From the NCBI GenBank assembly GCA_964639295.1, contig CAZXDT010000002.1:2609-66608 (forward strand): 64,000 nucleotides of DNA, read 5' to 3'. A program made the position numbers and the translations under genes. Positions 54,592 through 62,907 of this stretch are shown here, in pieces. The stretch's first letter is position 1. Each line of letters opens with the position of its first letter. The DNA is from an uncultured Candidatus Saccharibacteria bacterium. Lineage in GTDB: Bacteria; Patescibacteriota; Saccharimonadia; Saccharimonadales; JALRHH01. Under the pieces are notes generated by a model that saw only the letters and a list, made by a program, of their open reading frames with translations, had not been told where the DNA came from and did not search any database.

Positions 54592-56703
54592 TTACTTGCA
54601 ACCTAAGTTATCTATTAGAAGTGTTGTTTTCTTGCTTTCGGCTTTTAGGGCTATTGTGTTTGATTTAGTGATGAACTTCACCTCTTGATTCTGTGAAGAA
54701 ACACTAAGTCTAAGGTTAACTTTATCGCCGTCAGTAATCGTAACAGTATCCGCTCCATATTCGGCTCGTAGATCTAGGCACACTGATGAACCACTCGCAC
54801 TATCGTATCCAGGCAAACCCCTAATTGACAGCGTCGTACTATCTGACGCTCTATAGGAGAGACTAACTGGATTGGTGTACAACGGATCCAAGAAGCCAAG
54901 CGAGGGCATCAATACATACCCAACTTTGGGACCAGGAAGTACTTCATAGACAAATATTGGAGTCCACTTTGGGTTGTCACTAATATTAGTATCGGAGTAG
55001 ATTAACTTAAGGCCAGGGTTGTCTATTAGTTGTGGTGCACCATGTGTAACTACCGTATCAATCCCAAGCTGTCTAAGAACCGGCAACGTTTGTGGGTCAT
55101 TAAGATCTCTTATTGAATTTCTCAGAAGTGCTTCTTTGCTATTTGGTAAATAGGCATTCAGTAGGTTCTTACGATGAACAGTCTGCACCGTCGCGTAACC
55201 ACTTGGTAGCGTAGTTTGGGCTGGCTCATCTAGCGGGTATTCAGCAATATTCCGAATACTCTGATTTGCTTTAATATCAAAATAGATAGGGGGTACATCA
55301 CGTTTATAGTTCCATGTAGGTCGAGTTATCCCAAAGGTTTGATAGCTCAAGAATACCGTGAAGAAGATCAGCAAATATGCTACATATTTAATCCATCTTA
55401 GTGCTATTGCCCGTGTGATATAGGTGATACCAATAGAGCTAAAGATAACTAGTGCAATATTAATAGCCACGTATTGTCTCGAAAAAACTCGCCATATTGT
55501 GACATAATCCGTCAGATAGTATGTGGGTGTTTTATGCCCTAGGTACATAGGGGGGAGACTGAGTAAAAATGCCAGAAGCCCTATCGTCAGAGCAACAACA
55601 ATGACAGTACGTGGGTTAATGGCAAACCCGTGGTTCGACTTCCAGACCTTACCTCGTGTCAATTTCTCCCATAGTATGATTACTATGAAACAAAATGATA
55701 TAAACAATAGAGTCCAGCTCAAATAGACAGTAAATTCTGCTGTATTTGAACCGTGATGTTGATAGTTCTGAATAAAGTGCTTACCGGGGAGATGTTCTAC
55801 TAAAGGGCTCGATGCAGGGGGTAGTAGGTACTCAATCGGCCTACTGCTATATATATTTGCATCATACTTTATGTCATTTCTCGAATTAGACACAAACGAG
55901 TTTATAGAGGCGGCGTAGTGCACCCTTACAAACAGAAGAGGTATAAGCAACGTCATTGAGACCAAAGCAGCCAAGCAAACTCTTTGAGTGCGTTGACGTA
56001 AAAGTGGTCGCTCGGATTTTTCTAGAACATTAATTACAAAAAGACTACTTAGGCTTCCGATCAGAATAATGCCAACAAGAAGGATGAAGTAAGGGTCAAT
56101 GTAACCTGATGCTGCAGTTAAAACACCGAGTGATATCGGCCAAAGTCGTTTCTTGGAGCTCCACAGTAACAGCGTTATCCATAACACACCTACCAGTAAC
56201 ATCTGATAGCCATAACTTGGGTGAACACTCACTTTCGTTTGAAAATAAGGTGCAAAACTTAATGCAAAACCAGCCAATAAGGCAACCCAATTATTTCTAG
56301 TTAGCCACTTGATAAAAGCAAACATAACAACTGCAGAGCCCACAAAACCCACAAAGTTCAGTATGTTATATGAACATATCGAACCGAACACATGTGAAAG
56401 TACCCAGTAAAATGTATACAGGAGTATGCTACTCCAGTGAACGGGCTGCCATAAGTTCTCACCAATCGGGAAGTTTGTTGCGTTTGTAAAGCCCCATATA
56501 AGTGAGTGATTGGTTACCGAATTTAACCATATAGGCCCCGCTGTACTATCGCCCATTGACAGAACCGTGTTCGAGCAACTAGTTAATGCTGGACGCATAT
56601 ACCAGAATGCCGCTATAGCATAGAAGACTGTAGCTAGTAACCATGGGGAACTCAATTTTGTTATGAGAGGAGGTTTCTTCAGGATAGCTACTTTGCGCTT
56701 CAT
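54592..56703 (-). CDS. Large polytopic membrane protein, GT-C/YfhO-like putative extracytoplasmic glycosyltransferase
   Basis: The 703-aa product has at least 12 hydrophobic helices in the first ~465 aa, then a ~240-aa soluble C-terminal domain. It sits in the glycan locus. The functional call is inference. Confidence 0.6.
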   Translation of the reverse strand: MKRKVAILKKPPLITKLSSPWLLATVFYAIAAFWYMRPALTSCSNTVLSMGDSTAGPIWLNSVTNHSLIWGFTNATNFPIGENLWQPVHWSSILLYTFYWVLSHVFGSICSYNILNFVGFVGSAVVMFAFIKWLTRNNWVALLAGFALSFAPYFQTKVSVHPSYGYQMLLVGVLWITLLLWSSKKRLWPISLGVLTAASGYIDPYFILLVGIILIGSLSSLFVINVLEKSERPLLRQRTQRVCLAALVSMTLLIPLLFVRVHYAASINSFVSNSRNDIKYDANIYSSRPIEYLLPPASSPLVEHLPGKHFIQNYQHHGSNTAEFTVYLSWTLLFISFCFIVIILWEKLTRGKVWKSNHGFAINPRTVIVVALTIGLLAFLLSLPPMYLGHKTPTYYLTDYVTIWRVFSRQYVAINIALVIFSSIGITYITRAIALRWIKYVAYLLIFFTVFLSYQTFGITRPTWNYKRDVPPIYFDIKANQSIRNIAEYPLDEPAQTTLPSGYATVQTVHRKNLLNAYLPNSKEALLRNSIRDLNDPQTLPVLRQLGIDTVVTHGAPQLIDNPGLKLIYSDTNISDNPKWTPIFVYEVLPGPKVGYVLMPSLGFLDPLYTNPVSLSYRASDSTTLSIRGLPGYDSASGSSVCLDLRAEYGADTVTITDGDKVNLRLSVSSQNQEVKFITKSNTIALKAESKKTTLLIDNLGCK

Positions 56704-57593
56704 TAAAAAAGCTTTTTCTTGGATGTAAATATAAGATTTTCGTTGCTATAGACCGGCATGTCGTCTAGTTGTTTCTTGGTAACAGTCTCTAGTTTGTTGT
56801 TGATCTCATCTACCCTGAAACAAGTTGTATAGTTTGCAAATAGTAGCCTGGTAAATTCTCTTCTATCAAATCCGCATTCCTTCATTGCCCCAGGACTGAA
56901 CTCTATGAATACAACCGGCTTGTGTTTCTTGATCGTTGCGAGCGCACCTCTCAGGGCGAATCCATCATAGCCTTCAATGTCTATCTTCAAAAGATCAACA
57001 TTATTCACATTATTCTTCTTTACATAGTTATCGATTGTAATCTGCTGCACCTCAACTGGCCTGGAACCTTTGCCAGCATTACTCTGTGCAGCAGAATGAT
57101 TGCCAATATTTACATCCGACTGATAAATCACTATCTTCTTGGGCGTGTCACCTACTGCTACATTATTAACCACTATCCTTGACGTCAACTTATTTAAAGC
57201 TGCATTCTTTTTCAGCATAATCACGTTTGCGACTATGGGCTCAAAAGTTATTATTTTTGCTGTCTTAGGAGCAAACTTTGCCCCAAGTACCGCGTAGAGT
57301 CCTATATTCCCACCAACATCCAGGGTGACCTTAGAATTTGCTACAATTTTCTTGTACACATCTAACTCATAAGACTCGTAGTACCCCCCTACGAGTCCGG
57401 GTACCAAAGCCCTGTCAGAGGTTGGAGCTATAAGCTTGATCCCTTTGTAGCTGATTTCAATCTCTTCACCCTTATGACCGGCTTGAAAGATAGCACCTTT
57501 GATCTTACTTGTAATTGTCCAGCTATTTATAGGAGTGTGTACAAAGATTCTTCTAAAGAACTTAATAATACCAAGGGACAAAGAACTCAACAT
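56703..57593 (-). CDS. FkbM family methyltransferase
   Basis: The SAM-binding motif is LDVGGNIGLYAV. FIEFSP and IDIEGYD segments are typical of Methyltransf_21. Confidence 0.85.
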   Translation of the reverse strand: MLSSLSLGIIKFFRRIFVHTPINSWTITSKIKGAIFQAGHKGEEIEISYKGIKLIAPTSDRALVPGLVGGYYESYELDVYKKIVANSKVTLDVGGNIGLYAVLGAKFAPKTAKIITFEPIVANVIMLKKNAALNKLTSRIVVNNVAVGDTPKKIVIYQSDVNIGNHSAAQSNAGKGSRPVEVQQITIDNYVKKNNVNNVDLLKIDIEGYDGFALRGALATIKKHKPVVFIEFSPGAMKECGFDRREFTRLLFANYTTCFRVDEINNKLETVTKKQLDDMPVYSNENLIFTSKKKLF

Positions 57594-57606
57594 GTAGACT
57601 CCATTT

Positions 57607-58437
57607 TTATCTATCTTTAAACCTTAATAGTATATCAAACGTACTACCTTTAACGGATATGGGCGAGGCGTACGTGATATCAAAATCACCAAACTTCTTA
57701 CGAAGAATATCCAGCATTTCACTGTGTTGATAGTCGCGCTCTCGATCAACAGACATTTCCATAAACAGATAATCAAAGTATATATCGTCTAGAGTCTTAA
57801 CAACTGTTTTCTCGAATCCCTCAACATCAATCTTGACGAGGTCATACTTCTTCCTATTGGTTAGTGGTTGGATTGAATCCGTCATTCGTACATCTACCCC
57901 TTCAATTCTCGACAGGTTCTCGGATGCATTTGACTTCAAAAGTGATCCTGTAGCAGAACGTCCAGGTTCATAGTACATTTTTGCCTTTTTATCTGCTGGA
58001 CCAATAGCATATTCGTAAGCTTTCACGTTTGGTAAGCCTGCAATATTTTGCCTAAGCAAAGGAAATACTTCACCGTTAGGTTCAAACACATCAATCTTTG
58101 CCTTCCCATCAAGTGCATAATTCATAGTTACACTGAACTGTCCAAGGTTGCCACCGATATCAAGTACGGTCTTGGGATGTATATGCATATTCGCTAGGAT
58201 CTTTTTATTAATCTCGTAAGGGTAATTCTGAAGGTTCAACGGTGTTGCGATATTATCGAAAACAAAGTCTGTACCCAAGTATGAGATCGTCCTACTTCGT
58301 CCAAACAGTACACCCAATATTGTAAAAGCTATCGACGGATAATAGGTTAGTTTATGACGAAGACGTATGCCTCCGGTGAGCCATTCTCTATTTCTTTCAA
58401 TTGGCATCAAATTCTTAATATAGTGCGTGACTCTCAT
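57607..58437 (-). CDS. FkbM family methyltransferase
   Basis: The SAM-binding motif LDIGGNLGQFSV and the KIDVEGFE segment are present. Confidence 0.85.
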   Translation of the reverse strand: MRVTHYIKNLMPIERNREWLTGGIRLRHKLTYYPSIAFTILGVLFGRSRTISYLGTDFVFDNIATPLNLQNYPYEINKKILANMHIHPKTVLDIGGNLGQFSVTMNYALDGKAKIDVFEPNGEVFPLLRQNIAGLPNVKAYEYAIGPADKKAKMYYEPGRSATGSLLKSNASENLSRIEGVDVRMTDSIQPLTNRKKYDLVKIDVEGFEKTVVKTLDDIYFDYLFMEMSVDRERDYQHSEMLDILRKKFGDFDITYASPISVKGSTFDILLRFKDR

Positions 58438-59468
58438 TACTTTACCTTAGCCTTAACTGATGTGATCAATTTTATTATTGTTGCCTTCCAGATACCAAGT
58501 GCGTAAATAATTGCGAAGATTGGCGAAAGCAAAAATAAAGACAAAGCATCCTTAAATGCCACCCCGAGGGCTATGGCAGTTAATAGTTCAAGCACCCACA
58601 GTATCACTAAAACTACGGTTACAGGTAGTAGTATTGAGGAATTCAGAATTACTGATATAAGGACGGCTGCTGAGCCAATCAAAAAAGCCGTAAGTGGGAG
58701 GAAGAAGCGATTGCCTGGGCTCAAGAATCCCGCAACAAAAGACTGCCCCCTGAACATTGTGTGTCGGACAAATTGTAAGAGATTGGTTCTAGCATGATAC
58801 GTACAGGCAAAATCAGGTGATATATTGATGCGATGTCGTTCTGCTATTAGCCTTATAAGGTGTGTGTCGTCACTAGAGTTACGAATATCAAACGTTTCTT
58901 TCTCAAAGCGCTTGGTGGCTTCAAGGATTATTTTCTTTGGTACAAAAAAGCACGTTGTACCCTTTGGAAAGTAGTCAAATTCCTTGAGGCCATAGGAGGT
59001 AAGCCGAGGGTCAGAAAAGTACCTTCGCCATCCAATAAAAGTTATTGCGTCGCCGAAACGAGCAATAATATTTCCTTCTTTTTTAACATTAACGTGGGAA
59101 TTCCATACTTCTCTCTCGGGGTGCTCTTTAAACTGTGTAGTTAAGAATTTCAACGCGTTCTTATCTAAGAAAACACGACTGTCAATAAATAAGATACTGT
59201 CGAAGCTTGAAGCCATAACGCCAGCCTTTCTAGCCAAATACCTACCTGAGTTCTTTTGGTCAATCACACGCACCTTGACTGATGCTTTCAGTTTGTGCGC
59301 TACGATAGACGTATCGTCCGAAGATCCATCATTGACAATAACTACCTCTGCACGCTTGATTCCAGCCTCAATGAGAGCGATATCAAGCTTTCCTACAGTT
59401 GGCTCAAGCCAAGCTGCAGAATTATAAGCAGGGATTATTATGCTAACTCCAAAAGACATTGCATTCAT
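58437..59468 (-). CDS. Glycosyltransferase family 2 with C-terminal TM helices
   Basis: SIIIPAYNSAAWL and VNDGSSDDT are present, followed by three or four C-terminal hydrophobic helices. Confidence 0.85.
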   Translation of the reverse strand: MNAMSFGVSIIIPAYNSAAWLEPTVGKLDIALIEAGIKRAEVVIVNDGSSDDTSIVAHKLKASVKVRVIDQKNSGRYLARKAGVMASSFDSILFIDSRVFLDKNALKFLTTQFKEHPEREVWNSHVNVKKEGNIIARFGDAITFIGWRRYFSDPRLTSYGLKEFDYFPKGTTCFFVPKKIILEATKRFEKETFDIRNSSDDTHLIRLIAERHRINISPDFACTYHARTNLLQFVRHTMFRGQSFVAGFLSPGNRFFLPLTAFLIGSAAVLISVILNSSILLPVTVVLVILWVLELLTAIALGVAFKDALSLFLLSPIFAIIYALGIWKATIIKLITSVKAKVK

Positions 59469-59528
59469 AATATCATCTGATCGAGATTTGTGCCCTAAGA
59501 TAGGCTTGAGATATCATGTATAGAAGCT

Positions 59529-60788
59529 ATGAGATCAAAGTTTTCAAATTTTTACTTCACATCTGGACTTTTTGCGGTGATTTCTTGTGTTGCCGCCGTA
59601 CTAAACTATCTACTCTACCCGTCAATTAGCCATCTTCTGGATACTGCCAGCTTTGGTAGTTTCACGGTATTGAATGCAATAACAAATCAGTTTTTTGGTA
59701 TTTTACTAGCTTTTAACTTAACAAGTATCTACATCGTGAAGACTTTCCCGGAAAAAGAAGCCAAGGAGAACGCTCAGACTGTGCAAAAGTCCTTGATATG
59801 GATGTTCTGTGTGTTGTGTATTGTTCTGTTATTCTGTTCCCCGATACTAAATCAGAAGCTAAAGATAGAGGAGCCTTTTGCCTTCTTGGTGATTGCGTTT
59901 ACACTTCTCGTGTCTGTACCAGCCGTTGTATGGACAGGTTATCTCCAGGGTCATAAGAAAATACTCCACGTTGGGGTCTTTGGCGTTGTGTCTGCCTTGT
60001 CTAAGTTAATAGCCGCACTTGTCGCAGCAAGTCTGTTTGGTGTAGTTGGAGGTCTCGTTGGCGTCCTGGCTGGATCCCTTGTTGGTCTGGCTATACTAAA
60101 ACTCACTAGCCCAGTGGAGTTACCACGCATTAGCTCAATATTTTCAAGGTTCTCCAAACCACAGCGAGCATTCTTAAAGTCGTCAAGATCTTACCTTATG
60201 GGCTCAGTCGTTATAGTTGGGGTATTGGGTGTCTTGCAAAATATAGATATCACCTACGCAAAGTACCTTTTTAGCCCAGAAGTTGCTGGAGCATACTCTG
60301 GTATTAGCATTCTAAGTTATGCGGTCTTTTTTGGATTCTTTGTACTTTTTTGGATAGTCCTACCAGAAATTGACTTAAACAAACCCCTTCACAACAAACA
60401 GCTTTTAAAGACTACGTATAAAATAGTTGCAACACTTGGAACCACCGCAATACTACTGACACTTGCAGCACAACACCTGATCGTCAGACTATTATTAAAC
60501 GATGACTTTTCGCACCTAAGTAACATGTTGGTATTTGCTGTAACATACCAAATATTTCTGGTATCAGTAACGCTTTATACGTACTATTTATTAGTAATCC
60601 GTAGTAAGTTTAGCTTATTGCTAGCTGCTTGCGTGGCAATACCTTCGTTGTCGCTCCCTTTGACAGCAGACAGTCCTATGCAGCTAATCGTACTATTGAA
60701 CGTAGGTATTCTTACTGGGTTTAGTATTTTTCAGACGATTAAGCTAGTATTAGCTATCAGGAGTAAGTATGTCAAAACAACTCATTAG
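59529..60788 (+). CDS. Oligosaccharide/polysaccharide flippase (Wzx-like, MOP superfamily)
   Basis: The 419-aa product is almost entirely hydrophobic, with about 12 TM helices, and sits in the glycan locus. Confidence 0.72.
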   Translation: MRSKFSNFYFTSGLFAVISCVAAVLNYLLYPSISHLLDTASFGSFTVLNAITNQFFGILLAFNLTSIYIVKTFPEKEAKENAQTVQKSLIWMFCVLCIVLLFCSPILNQKLKIEEPFAFLVIAFTLLVSVPAVVWTGYLQGHKKILHVGVFGVVSALSKLIAALVAASLFGVVGGLVGVLAGSLVGLAILKLTSPVELPRISSIFSRFSKPQRAFLKSSRSYLMGSVVIVGVLGVLQNIDITYAKYLFSPEVAGAYSGISILSYAVFFGFFVLFWIVLPEIDLNKPLHNKQLLKTTYKIVATLGTTAILLTLAAQHLIVRLLLNDDFSHLSNMLVFAVTYQIFLVSVTLYTYYLLVIRSKFSLLLAACVAIPSLSLPLTADSPMQLIVLLNVGILTGFSIFQTIKLVLAIRSKYVKTTH

Positions 60789-61713
60789 TGTTATCGTCCC
60801 CGTTCATAACGAAGCAAGTAACCTAGCGTGGCACCATAAGAAGATCGTCAAGGTCTTGGAGAAGATTCCATTTAGAGCAGAGGTAATATACGTGAACGAT
60901 GGCAGTTCAGACTCATCTCTTGATATCTTGAAAACGCTAAAAGCTAAAGAGATAGACGTTAGATACATAAGTTTCTCGCGAAACTTTGGTAAAGAAGCCG
61001 CCACCTCAGCTGGCCTGCAAAACTGTAAGGGGGATGCGGCTATTATGATTGATGCAGACGGACAGCATCCAATTGACATGTTGCCTCAGTTCATTAAGGA
61101 ATGGCTTGCTGGCAACCATGTAGTTATTGGAGTAAGGACCCAGAACACAAACGAAGGTTTAGTAAAAAAATACGGGTCTCTTGCTTTTAATAAGGTATTG
61201 AACTCCTTCACGGGAGGTAATACTAAGCCGGGTTCGACCGACTTCAGACTCTTGGATCGACGAGTCATTAACCAATTTAATACCCTAACCGAACACAATC
61301 GCATTACACGGGGTTTAATTGACTGGCTCGGATTTAAACGTAGTTTTGTTGAGTTTATAGCCCCCGCACGGCACAGTGGTGAGGCGTCCTATGGTGTTGG
61401 CAAACTTATTAAGCTTGCTTTTCACGCACTTGTTTCACAAACAACAAAGCCCCTACAGGTAACAGGTCTTCTGGGTGTCTTAGTGATGGCCCTTTCTGCT
61501 ATTGTAGGAATCGCTATAATTTTCGAGAAGTATGCCCTAGGGGATCCACTGGAACTTGCGATCACCGGGACGGCTCTTTTGGCCTTGTTTATCAGCTTCT
61601 TGGTTGGCCTTGTTATGATAAGCAATTGGTTACTAGCTTTGTACATTGAGAGTATTCACAGCGAGACACAGAATCGACCACTGTATATCGTAGAAGAGTC
61701 GTCTGACGAATAG
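60769..61713 (+). CDS. Polyprenol-phosphate glycosyltransferase (GT2; GtrB/ArnC/Dpm1-like)
   Basis: AGGAG lies upstream of the ATG. ISVIVPVHNEASNL, YVNDGSSDSS and MIDADGQHP are present, plus two C-terminal TM helices. It overlaps the flippase gene by 20 nt. Confidence 0.88.
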   Translation: MSKQLISVIVPVHNEASNLAWHHKKIVKVLEKIPFRAEVIYVNDGSSDSSLDILKTLKAKEIDVRYISFSRNFGKEAATSAGLQNCKGDAAIMIDADGQHPIDMLPQFIKEWLAGNHVVIGVRTQNTNEGLVKKYGSLAFNKVLNSFTGGNTKPGSTDFRLLDRRVINQFNTLTEHNRITRGLIDWLGFKRSFVEFIAPARHSGEASYGVGKLIKLAFHALVSQTTKPLQVTGLLGVLVMALSAIVGIAIIFEKYALGDPLELAITGTALLALFISFLVGLVMISNWLLALYIESIHSETQNRPLYIVEESSDE

Positions 61714-61714
61714 G

Positions 61715-62842
61715 CTAGGAGTTAATGTATCCTTCTTTCATAAAGTAGTTGATAACCACTTTTGATGGTGAAGTCTTATTACTCATCTTTGCAAAATCTG
61801 CCTTATTGCTGTGGTTTTCCAGAAAGTTTGCTACCTTCTTAACATCCATGCGTGAGATGTCGGCATTTAAGCCCAAGCCCTCGCTTCTCTCAGTCCTTCC
61901 GCGATGCACCATAGTAGGAATACCCAAGAAAAATGCATCTTCTTGTAAGCCACCGCCGTCAGTCACAATGTAGTCTGCGCCGTTCACGATCGCCATAAAG
62001 TCAAAGTAGGGTTGTTTGGGAATGGTCAGGAAGCCCTCTTTATTGAAGTAATGCTCAAAGCCGTATGCTGCAATTTTTGCTTTGGTTGTAGTATGTTCAG
62101 TAAACACGACTGGGGTTTTAGCACTAGCGTGCTTATTAAGAACCTTCAGAATAGCCTCAAGATCAGTCTTATTCTCTAATAACTCCGTTCTGTGAAGCAA
62201 AACAAGGCAATAGCTTTTTGGGAGGTTCAGTTTCTTAAGTTCATCACTTTTGTACTTATCTGCTCTCTCTATCGCATCTTTTGCGGTGTTGTAAGTTGTA
62301 TTCACAATTATACCCTTAACCTTTTCGCCCCTAAGGTTTGCCTCCGCATCTTCATTCGGTGCAAAGTGTATGCGTGCAAACTTGGCAGCAATTCTTCTGT
62401 CAATCTCCTCTGGGAATGGGCTCTTCCAGTGTCCGCTTCGTAGTCCTGCCTCAACGTGAGCAACAGGTAGCCCCAGTGCCTTTCCTAAGTAACAGCCCAC
62501 AACGGTAGTAAGAGTATCTCCGTGTACAACGGCAACACTCTTCGTGTTGTGAGCCTTATCATAACTCTTGATTTTTTTCTTTATTGACCTGAATTGTCTG
62601 GCAAATGACGAGTGTGATTGGACCATCATCAAAAGCATCTGCTTCATGTTTGCCACGTCTTTTCCACGCCAGCCCCTAGAGAGGTAAACATCCGGTTCTA
62701 TCCCTAGTTGCTTATGTACCTTCTGTAAGCCGGCATGCTGCTGTGCATTACATATCAACAGCTGTTCTTCTCTGGGGATACCTTTAATAATACCTAGTAT
62801 TTTGATAAGCTCTGCGCTTGTCCCGTAAAATACAACTACCAT
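61715..62842 (-). CDS. wecB: UDP-N-acetylglucosamine 2-epimerase (non-hydrolysing, WecB-like)
   Basis: HVEAGLRSG and VTDGGGLQEDAFFLGIPT...GRTERSEGL motifs are present. Confidence 0.85.
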   Translation of the reverse strand: MVVVFYGTSAELIKILGIIKGIPREEQLLICNAQQHAGLQKVHKQLGIEPDVYLSRGWRGKDVANMKQMLLMMVQSHSSFARQFRSIKKKIKSYDKAHNTKSVAVVHGDTLTTVVGCYLGKALGLPVAHVEAGLRSGHWKSPFPEEIDRRIAAKFARIHFAPNEDAEANLRGEKVKGIIVNTTYNTAKDAIERADKYKSDELKKLNLPKSYCLVLLHRTELLENKTDLEAILKVLNKHASAKTPVVFTEHTTTKAKIAAYGFEHYFNKEGFLTIPKQPYFDFMAIVNGADYIVTDGGGLQEDAFFLGIPTMVHRGRTERSEGLGLNADISRMDVKKVANFLENHSNKADFAKMSNKTSPSKVVINYFMKEGYINS

Positions 62843-62907
62843 ACTAATTCACTGCTTTCGACTATTCTGATTAGAATTTTCTTACCACTATAGAATATTA
62901 TTAATTC

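Noticed and set aside
62860-62895. Imperfect palindrome attctgattagaat and a nearby tagaat in the divergent wecB/GT4 promoter, considered as an operator.
   Set aside because: The arms are only 5 bp and AT-rich, as expected by chance in a promoter region. No second instance was found.
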